Positions 10,824-24,700 of a stretch of 64,000 nt of DNA are shown here, piece after piece; position 1 is the first letter of the stretch, and each line of letters begins with the position of its first letter. The position numbers and the translations under genes were made by a program. The notes below the pieces were generated by a model. That model was given only the letters and a program-made list of their open reading frames with translations. It made no database searches and was not told where the DNA came from. The stretch covers positions 310,868,001 to 310,932,000 of the forward strand of contig OZ024743.1 in the NCBI GenBank assembly GCA_964016885.1, written 5' to 3'. The DNA comes from Eledone cirrhosa (lineage: Eukaryota).

Positions 10824-13727
10824 AAGATTGAATATTTACATGGGTCGGCTGTACAAAAAGGCTTTTATTTCAGGTATTAACAATTGTTTGATCAGGTGAG
10901 TCTAAAGGCCGCTAATCACTCGAAGTTGCGTCACTCGACCTCAAATACAGTGTTTACCTCTGATTAAATCATCGGAATACTAGAGGTTTTACATATAGCA
11001 TTGGTATATATAAAGATACAACGCCGTGAACTACACAGAAAATACAAGAAAACTACAGAATCTACACTCACTAGCATTGATAAAGAAGGCTTTATCATAG
11101 TAAAAAAACTGAAAATATCTTATAGAACCCAGCGTCTAACCCCTTATAACCCTACATTTAACCTAAAGGATCATAAAAATAATTTCGAAACAGATAAGAA
11201 TTACTTATTAGATTAATATGCCCATCGAAGTCGGATATAGGTAGAATTAGCAAGTATATACTAGATAGAGTAATAGCACAAATCAAGGGCAAACTTGTAA
11301 TTAAGCTATGGGGTAACACTAACGAAGCAATAGACTGGTTCACCAAAATAGACAGTAGGGAAACATCCAATTCCGTACAGTTTGACATCAACGACTACTA
11401 CTCCTCCATCTCCCAAGTCACCCTAGATGAAGCGCTAGCCTTTACCCAGAAAAACTCGGACCTAACCTCAGATAAAATTAGAATAATACTAGCTGCTAGG
11501 GGAACTATCATTAGATTCGAAAATAGTTACTGGGAACGAAAAAACAGACAGAATAGCTTCGATATCACAATGGGATTTGGCAACTCAGCACATGTAACAG
11601 ACATAGATGGAATATATATAATGCATAACTTACCTAAGGAATTTACTATCCTCCTTGGATAACTTTCGAACTTAACTCTAAAAAAGCAAACTTCTTAGAT
11701 ATAACACTCAACCTAAATACAGGATTAATAGAGCCCTTCCATAAAAATAACGAGAATCTAGCCTACATTAGATATAACTCAAACCACCCTCGATCCATAA
11801 TTAACTCCATAGCATATAGTATATCCCTCAGAATATCCCGCCTATCTTGTAACCTAGAGATGTTTAACAAACACACAAACTACTATAACATAGCTTTACA
11901 TAAGACAGGGCATAAGGAGGGGTTCAAATACATACCAGATAGAGACAGCAACAACAAACCTAACGACAGCTACACTACCCACACCTATAGAAATAACAAA
12001 CATAGAACTAAACATAGAAATAGACAACGATCACCAGAAATAACTGAACCGAATACTAATATAGGGACCCGTAGGAACTATAGAAAACCCAGATAAGAAA
12101 TACTTATTGTTCGATCCAATATTCAACTCCTCTATAAAAACCAAACTACCTTCTACATTCTTGAAGCTAATTGACAAACTTCCCTAAACTACACAAATGC
12201 CATAGAATCTTTAACAGAAAAGTTATCAAACTCTCTTACTCTACTGCAGCCAACATAGAATCCCACATACATAAAATCAACTGCAAAAGAATCTCTAAAG
12301 AAAATAACCTACCAAAATACCCCATAGCACCAAATACAAAACGCAAACATATAACAACACCACAACCACACACACATCAGGGCGCATCACAACAAAACAT
12401 TAATAAGCCTAAATCTCAGCCCATCCATAACAGCATACAAAATCACAACGGAGAACCTGCACACAGGAAAGCCTCCAACTGTAACTGCCACCTCTCGGAT
12501 AAAATAGATGCCTGGAATCAAGTATGGTGTACCTGTGTACTATAAATTCGGGCAACTTAACATGGCACTACATAGGTACCACGGCTGGGGAGTTCAAAAA
12601 AAGATGGTACGTTCACAGACACTCTATGAAGAACCGTAGACAAGAGAACTCAACAACGCTGGCCAATAAAATCTGGCAGCTTAAGAACACAAACCAAGGA
12701 TATGGGATTAGCTGGTCGAAATTATCGGGAGCAAGGGCCTACAACAATGGAATGTCCCACTCCGGACTTTCCAATATGGAGCTGTTCCATAATTTAAAGT
12801 ATGATAAGGTGCTGCTTAACAGCAAAATAGAACGATCAATTTTCTGTAGGCACAAAGCAGCTACCAAATTCGTAAATTTTAAACCAACATGATTCGGTCC
12901 AGCAATCCCAAAATTCGTACTGAGCCACCCGGATTTTAATGTACTAACTACATACCACCCCACTGTTATTAGCTGTCCGACTTTTATTAGCTGACCGACT
13001 GGTCACTAGATCAACATCATAAATCTCCTAACCTTTCTTTCACTATCTCTCCCTAAAGCCACATCAACCCCATTAAGATAAGACAATCAGCATGCGAGAC
13101 ATTTACCACACACACATATATCAAGACTCTCCATCTCAATTCTTATCCTCTATGTACCTATCTATTCCTTCCCCATCCTTAGCCTACCCTTATGTCTCAT
13201 CCGCGTATCTCTTCCTCTCTCACTTAATTTTTTATTTATTATATTTTTTATCTTGTATCTGTCATTTGTTACTATTTTTATTTTCTACTCTAAGCCACTG
13301 AGATTTGAACACCAGATATATATCTATGTATTTGATGTTGTTTTTCATGTTAGTATTATCTTTACACATACACTTACTCACTATCGCCACTATTATCAGC
13401 AATCGCATTCTCTACTTATTATTTTTTTACTTATTTTTTACATCTATACCATCTTCATTCTACCTTCTTTACTTCTTTATGATTATCTTTTATTATTGAC
13501 GTTATTGTTTTGATTCTCCGTTGTATCTCTATATATACCAATGCCATATGTAAAGCCTTTAGTATTCGGATGATTTAATCAGAGGTAAACACTGTATTTA
13601 ACGTCGAGTGACGCAAATTCGAGTGATTAGCGGCCTTTTGACTCACCTTATCAATGAAACAATTGTTAATACCTGAAATAAAACACTTTTTGTACAGCTG
13701 ACCATGTTATTCTTCATTCTTTCACTA
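10818..13727 (+). mobile_element. Degenerate 5'-truncated Penelope-like element (Hydra-like) with inverted pLTR
   Basis: Frameshifted NLKDHK, PSKSDIGRISK, QFDINDYYSSI, SNHPRS, KLSYST, CNC, WHYIGTT..FKKRWYVH, CRHK; 10818-11008 is the reverse complement of 13531-13727. Confidence 0.9.
13562..13672 (+). ncRNA. Hammerhead-like motif with long stem II insertion (core CGGATGA)
   Basis: GTATT-CGGATGA-(~80 nt)-GAAA-CAATTG-TT-AATAC; the inverted copy near 10875-10980 reads CCGATGA. Confidence 0.55.
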
Positions 13728-14434
13728 TTATTACCCCAAGAATAATCTGCATAGAAATTTTCGTGAACTCGCTACCTAACTATGGAAACCTCTTGTTGAG
13801 TCAAATAACGCCGTAGTTAAAACTATCCACAATACAGAGTACTCACAACCTCTAACTGGATTACCTATAACGATAACTTGTTATCCCATATATATACATA
13901 TATATATAGTCTCAGGAGTTTCCGAAGAATTGACCAAGGAAAAAAACCGCTATATGTAATGTACAGAGCCAAAATATATTATATGAGTATGATCTCAAAG
14001 CAAACGCATGTTACATTAGGTTTCAAACATCAATCAGCTTAAATCATATCTGCTAGTTCAGATGACTAAACTAGCACTCAGTCGCCTGTCCATCTATTAC
14101 TGTTCTTCATGCCGGCTGCTACCCACGTGTTGTTTTCCATTTGAAAAAAAAAAACTTGTTATGTAGTGGTCATTTGAATATTCTTCCTCTTATTGCAAGA
14201 AAGTCCCCTGAGTAGTCATAGTAATTCCGGTATTAGATGTCCTGGCTTATGTCTGATATCGATATTTTGCACGACGAAATACCGATCGGGACATCTGAAG
14301 AAGAGTTAATTTTCTTATGAATTTATATTACTGGCTTCTCCAACAGGAATTTGTATATATATCGATTGTTAACCTGCTATAATGCAGCTGCAACTTCGGT
14401 TATACTCATTATTGTGGTGATTATTATTATTGTT

Positions 14435-15383
14435 GTTCTTTGAGTCTCAGTCATTGATGTTATTTAACTGGAAAGTTTGTTGAAATGAATATCAAGCCAC
14501 TACCTGCAGCCTCAGATATTCAGGACTTATCGGAGGGTTCTTGCTGTTCCCAGCGAGCATGCCTTTTGAAGTGTTCCAAAAAGCGGGGCTGGACTAATCT
14601 TCTATAACCATCCTGGGAAACTCTTTGAGATAGTACCTAGTGCACCTATCACAATCGAGACGACCTTGATTTCATGGCAGTTCCAAATCCTTTTTAACTC
14701 CCACTTTAAGTCCTGGTATCGGTTAATTTTCTCCCTCTCCATTTCTTGCACTCTCGTGTCAAATGGGCAGGCTACATTTACAATCAGGCACGATCTATTT
14801 TCCTTGTCCAAAACCACCAGGTCAGGCCTATTGTGTTCTAATTTCTTGTCCGTATGTATCCTAAAATCCCATAGCACCTTCACCTGATCGTTTTCTATCA
14901 CCGACTCTGGTGGCTTATGCTCATACCACTTCTCAGAATGTGGTAAATTGTTTACATTGCATAGATCCCAGTGGACCACCCTGCACATCTTGTCTCCAGC
15001 CTTTATAGTGAGTCTGGGCTATGTGTTTACACTCGGATACAGTGTGAGCCACAGTCTCCTCTCTCTCTCTCCACAGATCCTACACAGTGAGCTAGCCTCC
15101 TCCTTGTCAATATGGTGTTTCACTCACTTCGTTCTGAGGGCTTGCTTTTGCGCAGCCATTAGCATTCCTTCTGTAGATTTTTTAAGGTCTCCTCTTTTTA
15201 ACCAGTTCCATGTTTGTGATATCACTAAATTCCGTTTTCTTAAAGAAGGAACTATGAAAGGATTTTTCATGAAGGTTGCTCTTCCTCCTTGTTGTTATTT
15301 CCTTCTTGAACATCCCCTGGTCTATTGTCTTCTCCTTCAGAAAAATTTTGAGCATTGGCTCCCAATTGTCAGTCACATATTTG
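14435..15383 (-). mobile_element. 5'-truncated R4/Dong-type LINE (REL endonuclease end)
   Basis: ORF 14602-14988 HNRPDLVVLDKENRSCLIVNVACPFD; homologous to 27577-28510; 3' end at (ATT)n. Confidence 0.9.
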
Positions 15384-15576
15384 TGGATTGGCAGTATCGG
15401 TAGAGGGTCGGACGCCATGCTTTGACGCATAGAGTTACGGCCCTTGTCATTCTGAGTTCAAATCCTACCGAACTTAACTTTGCCTTTCATCCTTACGGGG
15501 TCGATAAAATAAAGTACCAGTAATGCACTGGGTAATTGCTGGCCTTGTGCCTAAAGTAGAAACAATTATTATTATT
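15383..15576 (+). mobile_element. tRNA-derived SINE family 1 (Nin-domain-like)
   Basis: A box TGGCAGTATCGG, B box GAGTTCAAATCC, GCCTTTCATCCTTACGGGGTCGATAAA, (ATT)n tail; many copies in the window. Confidence 0.85.
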
Positions 15577-18500
15577 GTTTTTATTTTCTTTCATTATTGT
15601 TTCTGAGATATATGCCGAGTGTCTTCCAGACACCTAGGGCAAATAAATTCACAGTGTGCATTGGTAAGCCAGTTAATACAACACATTGATTATAATTAAA
15701 AAAGAAAAGAAACATATACATATATACACATGTGCATATGCATATCTAAATACGAGGAGTGATATTAATCTTACAGAGATAGTGCTCTTCTCAACACGTA
15801 TTCAGTACGAGTCAAAACAATTTTTTGCACCTCGTGCAGAGAGGGTAAACCAGGAAACATTCGCAAATATTGTACTGTTCCTTTCTTGATCATTCCCAGT
15901 CCTCCCACAATCACTGGTATTGTAACGGCCTTGAGGTGCCACATTTTCTAAATTTCAATAAGCAGATCTTTATATTTTCGTAGCTTGTCAAATTCTTTTG
16001 ATGCGATATTGTGATCATATGGGATGCTCATATCTATCACTAAACATACCTTGTTATGTTGATCTTTTAGAATGATGTCAGGTCTATTAGCTTTTATTGT
16101 ACTGTCAGTATGTACAGGAAAGTCCCAGAGAACTGTTACTTTTTCTCCTTCAGTTACAGCCTCAGGGTGATGATTGTACCACTTGTCTTCAGCTTTGATT
16201 TTGTAATGCCGATATATTACCCAGTGTAGATATTGGCCAACTCTGTCATGTCTATATTTGTATCATGCTGACTAAAAAATTACATCCAGAGACTAAGTGA
16301 TCCACTGTTTCAACCTCAGCATTGCAGAATCGGCTTTGGGTTTATTCCGTTTCTCATCACATTGGCCTGGTAATTACGAGTCAACAAGCTTTGATCTTGG
16401 GCAACTAAGATGAAGCCTTCACTCATCGCCTTTAGCGCTGAACTACGTAGCCACCCTATGGGTGTGCTTTTGGTCAACATCAGCTTGTTTTCTACAGGCC
16501 ACATATTTGCCATGCAGAGGTTTCTGCTCCCAATTTGATGCTAATTGTCCTTGTCCTTTTCCTGTTGCCAGTGATTTTATGTGCCTAGCAGCATCAGTTG
16601 CAACAGTTTCTTTAGTCTGTCCAGCCTGGGTATCAAGCATGAGATCAGTAGTATATTTTTTGCTCTCCTTCAAGATAGAATGAAGCTTCTTACTTCTCTC
16701 GTGCTTTTCAACAAGTTTCAGCATACAGTCGTTAGTTGTTTCAAGGTATTTAGCCAATCCAAATATGGTGGTCTTGTAAGCAAATTCAAACTGGATCAGA
16801 CCACGGCCTCCTTGAGTTCTAGGAAGGTAAAGACGATCCACATCTGCTTTTGGGAGGTGCATCCTATTACAGGTCAGTAGCTTACGGACTTTGTTGTCGA
16901 TTATTTTGATTTCACTCATATTCCAGTTCAACACACCGAAGCTGTAACTGACAACTGGGACTGCCAAGGAATTTATGGCTAGCACCTTGTTACGAGAGTT
17001 TAGTTCTGGTCTCAGAACTGCATGTACTCTCCTGTAACATTCTTTCCTTATCCTCCCTTTCATACTTGCATGTTGTATGCCAGAGCCCTCATTAATCCTT
17101 AAGTATTTATAGGTTTGTTCCTGCTCAAGATCCTTTATGATTGTTTCAGCATCCAATTCAACTGAGTCTGAGTTGACAAGCTTCCCCCTCTTGAAAGTGG
17201 CTTTTGCACACATGTCAAGTCCAAACTCCATCCTGATGTCATCGCTAAACGTTTTTACTGTCCGCAAAAGGCCTTCCAGTTCGTCATTATCTTTGCAATA
17301 TAGCTTCAAATCATCCATATAAAATAGGTGGCTTATTTTTCTGTTGTCAATTCTATAACTGTACCCTGTTCTATTAAGTTCGGATGTAAGGTGTATTAAA
17401 GCTATGCAGAAAAGCAAGGGTGAAAGTGAGTCACCCTGGAATATACCACAGTTGATGTTTATATTCCTAGAGCCCAGCACCCCAGTGGAATGAGACAATT
17501 GGAGATTTGTGTTCCACAATGACATATTGTGTTTCAGGAAGTTTGAGATCACAGGTGAGATTTTGAAGATGTCCAGTGATTTCAGAATCCATGATTGCGG
17601 TATACTGTCAAAGGCTATTTTATAAGCGATGCATGCAGAAATGAGATTTCTGTGTTTATTATGACAGTTCTCAAGGATCATACGATTAATCAAAAGTTGA
17701 TCTTTGCAACCATATGAACCTCGTCGGCACCCTTTTTGTTCATGGGGAAAAAATTGTTCTCCTCCAAAAACACATATCCTTTTTCCATGAGAATAGAGGT
17801 TAATAGTTTATAAGTGGTGGACAAGCAGGTTATGGGCCGATAGTTTTTTGGATCTTTGCTTTCGTTGTTCTTTGGTAGAAGGTAGGTAATGCCACTTGCT
17901 ATCCAATCAGGTGTATTTTTTAGATCTTTCATAATTCCATTAAACAGCTTGACCAATATATTGTGAGTGCACGGGAGTGAGGAAAGCCAGAAATTTGGCA
18001 CCCTGTCTCTACCAGGAGATTTCCATTTATGAGATTTATTAAGTGCTGTCCTTAAGTCCGCTATAGAGATGTCTTCCCACGCCTGTTCTTCTAAATTTGT
18101 GTAGGATTTTTCTAGGCGACTAATCCAATCTACATTAGCATTATATGTCTTCTCATCACTCCAAATCTTACTCCAGAAGTTTTCAACTTCTTCTATGGAT
18201 TGGGGGGGGGGGGGGGGGGGGACTTCAATAATAATTTTTTTCTTCCCTACTTCTCCTACTTGGCATTGGAGGAGAACAACTTATTTTGCCTGTAGAAGTT
18301 GTTTCGCTTCTTAAATTTACAAATTCGTTGGGCTTTTACTTGGACTTCTTTGTTTCAGAGATTCTTAGATGAAATTAATGCTTCTCTAGAAGACAGTCTA
18401 TATTTTCACTTTAGCTTTCTTACCTTCTTGCATCTTATATCATTTCCAGCGGTTAACTAACTCATAAAAATATTTCTCCTCTCATTACGTCAATCTCCTT

Positions 18501-19560
18501 TTCGATTCTACTCCTCAAAATTGGTTTACCTCGAAGGTTCGATTTTTTTTGTTTTTTTTGGTGGTAAACAGCTTGTTTCAATTACTCTAGCAGATGCATA
18601 AATGATTTCATTTAACTCAGTAAGATCAGGTTCTAGTTCTTCTATGATTTCTCTTGTCACAGAATTACCAATCATTATTTGTTTTCTATTTTGGATTGTA
18701 TTTGGGAGTTTTTGAAGTGGTTCTCTATCATTTATACTAGAATGTCTTATTACTGCAAGCTCATTCAGTATTTGGCTTTAATCCCTTCATAGTCTCCCTG
18801 TCATCTTCAGCAGATGTTTGGTTTTCAATTACTGTTTCTAAGTTCCTCTCCTGGCTATTTTCAGCGGGTTCAATAGGGCTTCTCATTTCTACAAACCTAT
18901 TTGTTATTTGGTCAGATGGAGGTCTTTCAGTAAAGACTTGTGACTGGTTACTATCTCCAGGAGATTCTTCAGTTCTTCCATCATTTATATTTATGTCATT
19001 CTCCACAGCCTGCTTGATCGCAGTTATTTCAGTGTCCGTGAGTCTATTATTTCTGAAGATATACCTCCTTACATTTGCCAACTTATTTCCATCCATATCA
19101 CGTCTGCTAGCTTGATTCCGAGTTTTCCAGATTTTGTAGGAGTTTAAAGTGTGTCTGTCTTGTGATGGCTTACCTAAAGCATAGTAATATGCATATATTA
19201 CTTCTTTATACTCTTCTCGGGTCCATTTCATCCTTTTAAGTTATTTTTTTAGGTGGTTTGGGTGGTGGATCGGGAGGGCTCGAGTTGGGGTAATTCCCGA
19301 TCAAGTGATCATCCAGGTCCATAATTGGAGAAGAGTTTGTGCCAGAGGAGGACTTTTCGATCTCAGGTTGGCACCTTCCTGAGGGACGCGCTTCCTGATT
19401 AACCATAGGAAAAGCGATATGGTATTGTGTATTAATTTTTTTTGTTCATCTCGCAGTACATGCTTGCGTTACGCATGGTATTGGACGCACATGGAAAGTT
19501 GTCCGGCTCTTTGGGGATTTACTGGTGTGAATGTGTGAGGAAGTGGTTGTGAATGTGGTG
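15577..19560 (-). mobile_element. Degenerate near full-length R4/Dong-type LINE, second family
   Basis: ORFs 18761-19231 (KWTREE..), 17690-18001 (NYRPITCL), 16443-17693 (GIFQGDSLSPLLF, YMDDLKL); REL remnants (NRPDI) near 16080; several frameshifts. Confidence 0.9.
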
Positions 19561-19807
19561 ATGGGAGAGAGAAGTGATATTTCAACTGTCCATTTTCCTT
19601 TCAAAATCTGAAATTTAGCCACAATCGACCAAAATGTAAAAAGAAGAAAATTGTATTGGGGAAATATTTAAAAATATATATGCACCTTTCACATCTTCAG
19701 CCACAGAGATGATTGCATAATAATTAGTCGGATTTTTTATTAAACAGAACTTATCCCCCGAAATAAACAATGTGTTTTCCGATCTATGTCTGTTTCTTTT
19801 CTTCAAA

Positions 19808-20122
19808 TAATTGTTACTACTTTTGGCACAAGGCCAGCAATTACCAGTATATTACTGGTACTTTATTTTATCGACCCCGTAATTATGAAAAGCAAAGTTA
19901 ACCTCGGCGGGATTTGAACTCAGAATGGCAAGGGCCGTAACTCAATGCGTCAAAGCATGGCGTCCGACTCTCTACCGATACTGCCAATCCACCGCCCTTT
20001 TCTTCAAATAATTGTTTCTACTTTTGGCACAAGGCCAGCAATTACCCAGTGCATTACTGGTACTTTATTTTATCGACCCCGTAAGGATGAAAGGCAAAGT
20101 TAACCTCGGCGGGATTTGAACT
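19808..20122 (-). mobile_element. Two tandem SINE family 1 copies
   Basis: Reverse-complement SINE at 19808-19996 and 20008-20122, separated by repeated TCTTCAAATAAT. Confidence 0.85.
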
Positions 20123-20321
20123 CTTCAAATAATAATATGTAGACAGCAATTGTAATGAGTAACTATATAAAATATTTATGCAGTTCTCACAACTAGTGTC
20201 AGATTACTTCTAGAGATACGTGGTGGAATAATTTGTCGAATTTTCGTGTTAGGGAATACCAAATTAAACAAAACTTACTCTTCGCCATAAGCAACGTGTG
20301 TTTTCCGATCTACGACTGTTT

Positions 20322-20452
20322 CTCTTCTTCTTCTTCTTCTTCTTCTTCTTCTTCTTCTTCTTCTTCTTCTTCTTCTTCTTCTTCTTCTTCTTCTTCTTCT
20401 TCTTCTTCTTCTTCTTCTTCTTCTTCTTCTTCTTCTTCTTCTTCTTCTTCTT
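20322..20452. repeat. (TTC)n microsatellite
   Basis: Read directly. Confidence 0.95.
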
Positions 20453-21740
20453 GTCTGTCATCTACTACCGCCTGACCCACGTGCCTTTCCCCCGTCCGCT
20501 CCTTTTCAAATTCTTGTGGAGGGGACAAGTTCCGTTGGTGAGGCGGTCCATCTGCTGCCAGCACCCTCTACGCGGAGGGCTGGACATGCCGTGGCTAATG
20601 AGGCGCAGACATGCGTTGAGGCTGCGACATCTCCAGATATTCTGCCTAAACGGTGAACAGGTGTGGTCGCCGTTTCTCAGACGGGCCTTTCCGCAGCTCG
20701 TTTCTTTGACTGAGCTGCAGTCCTGGGTCATGAAGAGACCGAGACTGGGTGACTGGCACCTGGAATGTTGCTAGGCACTCATTGTCCTCTACCGAGCGGG
20801 CAATGCGATCAGTGGAACTTCCACTCTCGAGTTCTATAAAAGATTAGTGGTGGGCAAGTGCGATGACGCACTCGGAGAAGCTTTGGCCTCGACGAAGTCT
20901 ATACCGGAGGACTTTCGAGCCGGGGACGATGGACAATTTCCAGAAATCCCTCGCTTGGCAGTGCTACCGGGGGACACTGCCGGTTCGGGATAAACTCTAC
21001 AGGCACAGAAGTGCTATCAGACGGACCTACCCAAGATGCGCACAGAACGACGAAACCGTTCTGCACGCATTTGTTCAATGTCCGTGCATTACTGACTTGT
21101 GGAGTTATGTCGAACAGCTACTCTCGCGTGTGGAACGAATCCGGCTACCGGTCGCGTACATAGTGAAGATCGAACCGCCGCCTTCCTTGAGTCAGGAAGA
21201 GCAGGAAATGTTCCTCTGTCTGGTGGCCGTTGCGAAAGAGGTTATATGGTGGACCAGATTAAAAGGACCGAAGACAGACACTTTTCTCTTCGGCCAATCC
21301 CTCATCAACTTCTACAAGTTTCACCTGGAAAGGAAGGTGAGAGTGGAGAAAGAAGTGCTGCCTCCCAGTACATTTGCTAAAAGGTGGATGAATGTGGCGA
21401 AAATGGCCCGGGTGAATGGGCCTACTCTGACCAAGCGCCTATAGGCTAGCTAACTTGACAAGATGGGTGTTCTCCCTGGGTGCCCTAGAAGCGCAGGGTG
21501 GTTCAGGATTGGTGGGGTACCTAAGTCACCCCAGGGTCGTCCACCCCCTATCGGGGAATTTATTTTGTTATGTTTATACATAGTTTATTTTATATTTTTA
21601 TATCTTCATTGTTAAATTAGTCTTACCATTGCGCACATTTACTCAACATTATTGTAAACACCCACTGTCCCTGTCTTTGTATTGTCCCCTACATGTCGGC
21701 CCTTGTGGCTAATAAATGAAATAATAATAATAATAATAAT
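20453..21740 (+). mobile_element. 5'-truncated Tx1/L1-clade LINE
   Basis: Homologous to 26285-27545; MDNFQKSLAWQCYRGTLPVRDKL..PRCAQNDETVLHAFVQC (zf-RVT); (AAT)n tail. Confidence 0.9.
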
Positions 21741-21756
21741 TATTATTATTATTATT

Positions 21757-24700
21757 GGCGACCTACGTAGTAAATCGTATTATCGTGAGCTCCGCAAAGG
21801 TTTGTTGTTTTCAGTTGTTTAAAATTGCTATTTATGGAAAGGTTTTATTGTTAACTGTATATAACTGCACATACATTGTTTTCTGAAAAGGACACTCAAA
21901 AAGATTGGGACCTTGAGCCCCAAATTTAAACTTTTATAATTATCAAACAAAAAAATTTCTTTGAAAAATCATGGACGACTCGCAGCCACACCTTCCTCAC
22001 AAACTAACACCTCACACCGACACCACCATTGTAAATATTACTACGTTTGCCAACACTAAAAATATAAGCAGTAGCAATAATTTAAATTTGACTCATGCAG
22101 GCATTCATTTCCCGCCATTACCAATGACTGCAGTTGTTGAAGCCGCCACCCCACTACAGCGACAATAGAAACAAAAGAAAAAAATAAATTATCTCGAAAT
22201 GGATTCACCCAGAATGGACTCTTCCACACCGAACACCACTGATGCCACCACCACCACAACTGAAACTAAAAATAACAATAACAAAAATAACGATAACAAC
22301 AACAGCAACAACAACAAAGAGAATAAGAAAATCACCCTGTCTTTTGCCAGAGCAGCAAAAAAGAGCGAAGCAATCCAGGTAACTCAGGAGGAATTAGATG
22401 AAGCCAAGAGAATGGTAAAGAAAGATGGGTACAGGGTCAGCCTCACCCCCCCCCCCTAATAAAATGGACCATCGGCGCCTATGCACCGTGTCTTGTCGGA
22501 CGATTAACATAAAATCGCGCCGAATGGAACGTGCATCCGAGTCCCAAATCCAAAAGGCTTCGGGAAATGTGTGGGCAAAAAAAACCCCACATCAGACGTG
22601 GGCAGAAATATGGAACCGTAGGACGTGTTCTTTGGAACACCACAAGAGGACAGAGAACACTCCATGGCCCCATTAAGAAGTGACGACTTTACACTCGTCC
22701 CACGCTATTATGGCCAGAGACCGTGAAGATCAAGGTGACCCACGTTCCACCGGCCATCGAAATTCCCTGGCTAATGGCTGCCGTCCTCGCCGGCATCGAG
22801 GCCAACACCAAAATAATGGAAATAGTAAAAGAAAGGCAGGAGAACTGGGTCGGATCAGGGATGGAACTCCTGATCCAAGCGGACCAAAAAAGCATTGAGG
22901 AGATCCCAGAGGTAATAGACCTCACTGATGGCAGCCACCTCACCGTAATTGTCGAGAACAGAAGGCCTAGGTGTGTCGTTTGTGGTGAAGGAACCCACCT
23001 AAGTGCTTTCTGCCCTCAGGCTAAAAGGTTGAGGCCACCTCTCCTACCCACCCCAGTGACACAACCATCAACACCACCAGTAGCAGAGATGGCAGCAACA
23101 ACTGTAGCAGCAACAACAGAAGCAACTGTAACAGCAACAACCCCAGCAACAGTAGCAAAACCAACACCACCACCACCCAACGCGCCAGAACTAGCACCAG
23201 CGCCTACACCATCCACCACGCCACAACCAAAACCAACGCCTGTGGAGGATTTTCCACTCCCCGAGCTATCGCAACTGGAGACAGATTGTGACGACGAGGA
23301 GTGGGAAACGGTATCAGGAAAAAAGAAAAAAAGAAAAAGAAGCCAAAAAAGAAAAAAATCCTCTTCCTTCCCCCTCCAAAAACAAAATACAGAGAGAAAC
23401 AAATAAACTATCAAACAAAAAAGTTAGAACAGCTATGCCACCATCCACACCAGCATCACCAACCCCATCGCCACAAACACCAACACCATCACCATCATTA
23501 GCCCCAACACCACCATCACCAACACCGCAAAAGTCACCAAAAAGCGAAACAGAAACAAACCCACAACAAACGCAAACAAAACAAAACAACCAAAACGATA
23601 CACACTACACAGCATTAAATTTGAACAACAACCAATTATTACACCACATCCAACACAACACCAGCATCACAGAAAAAGACTACACAACAACCCAAAAGTT
23701 CACACCACCTCCACACATACAAATCACTCGCATCACACAAAAAACGTACACGACACTAGAACAAAAATTCCCCAAAGACATCGGAGACTTCCGACAGGCA
23801 CTCTCCAGGAGGATTTATAAGGACATCCTTCCGGAGGAGGCCACAAGCACTAAAAGGATGGAGAAACCATCCTTCCTCTACGAGAAGTAAGGTAAGTGGT
23901 CTTTCCCATCTTATCTACTCCATCTCAACATGACATAAATGCGCGTGGCTTGGGGTCGTCATGGAAGCAGGGCCACCTGCTCAACGACCTCAGGTCACTA
24001 AACATAGATGTAGGGTCAATCAGCGAGACCATAATCTCAGAAGCACGGGCCTTCGCACCGATCTACGGCGGCTCCGAAGTGTACGCATCTCCCAGCCGTC
24101 CTGGATCAGGGGGAAGGAGTTGCTGTGCTCTTTCGGAGAGGTTTGTATCTCGCCATACGGGCCATCTTCCTGGAGCCAGAAGGTAAGTTGGTGGTGCTGG
24201 ACGTGACCAGCGGAGATGAGCAAGCTTTCAGGCTAGTGGACTTCTATGCCCCGACAGGAGCAGGGCGGCCTTATTTCTTCCGGCGTCTGGAGACCTTTCT
24301 TGGAACGTCCCGCTCTTTTGTGTTAGTAGGCGACTGGAAGTGGATCTTAGATGCACGCGGGGACTGTGTGGGATTAGCGGATAGGGGAGGAGGTTGCAAG
24401 AGCCTCACCAACCTGCTCAGGCATTTTGAACTGTCTGACAGGTACCGATTGGATTTCCCGAATGTGCCAATGTGGACTTGGACAAACCGCATGTTGTCGT
24501 CCAGATCATATCTATATAGAGTATTTTGTAGGGAAATAGGTAGCTCTAGCATAGGCTGTCCACAAATCAAGATAGTCAGCTACACGGACCACAAATTCGT
24601 GATCTGTGTGCTTGACTTAGATAGGCTTCATAGACGAGGACCCGGCTACTGGAAGCTAAACGCGTCCTTACCAGCACGCAAGGCCTACAGAGACCGGATT

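Noticed and set aside
14228-14335. AGATGTCC/GGACATCT pairing followed by CTGAAGA
   Set aside because: No properly placed GAAA or stem III for any hammerhead topology.
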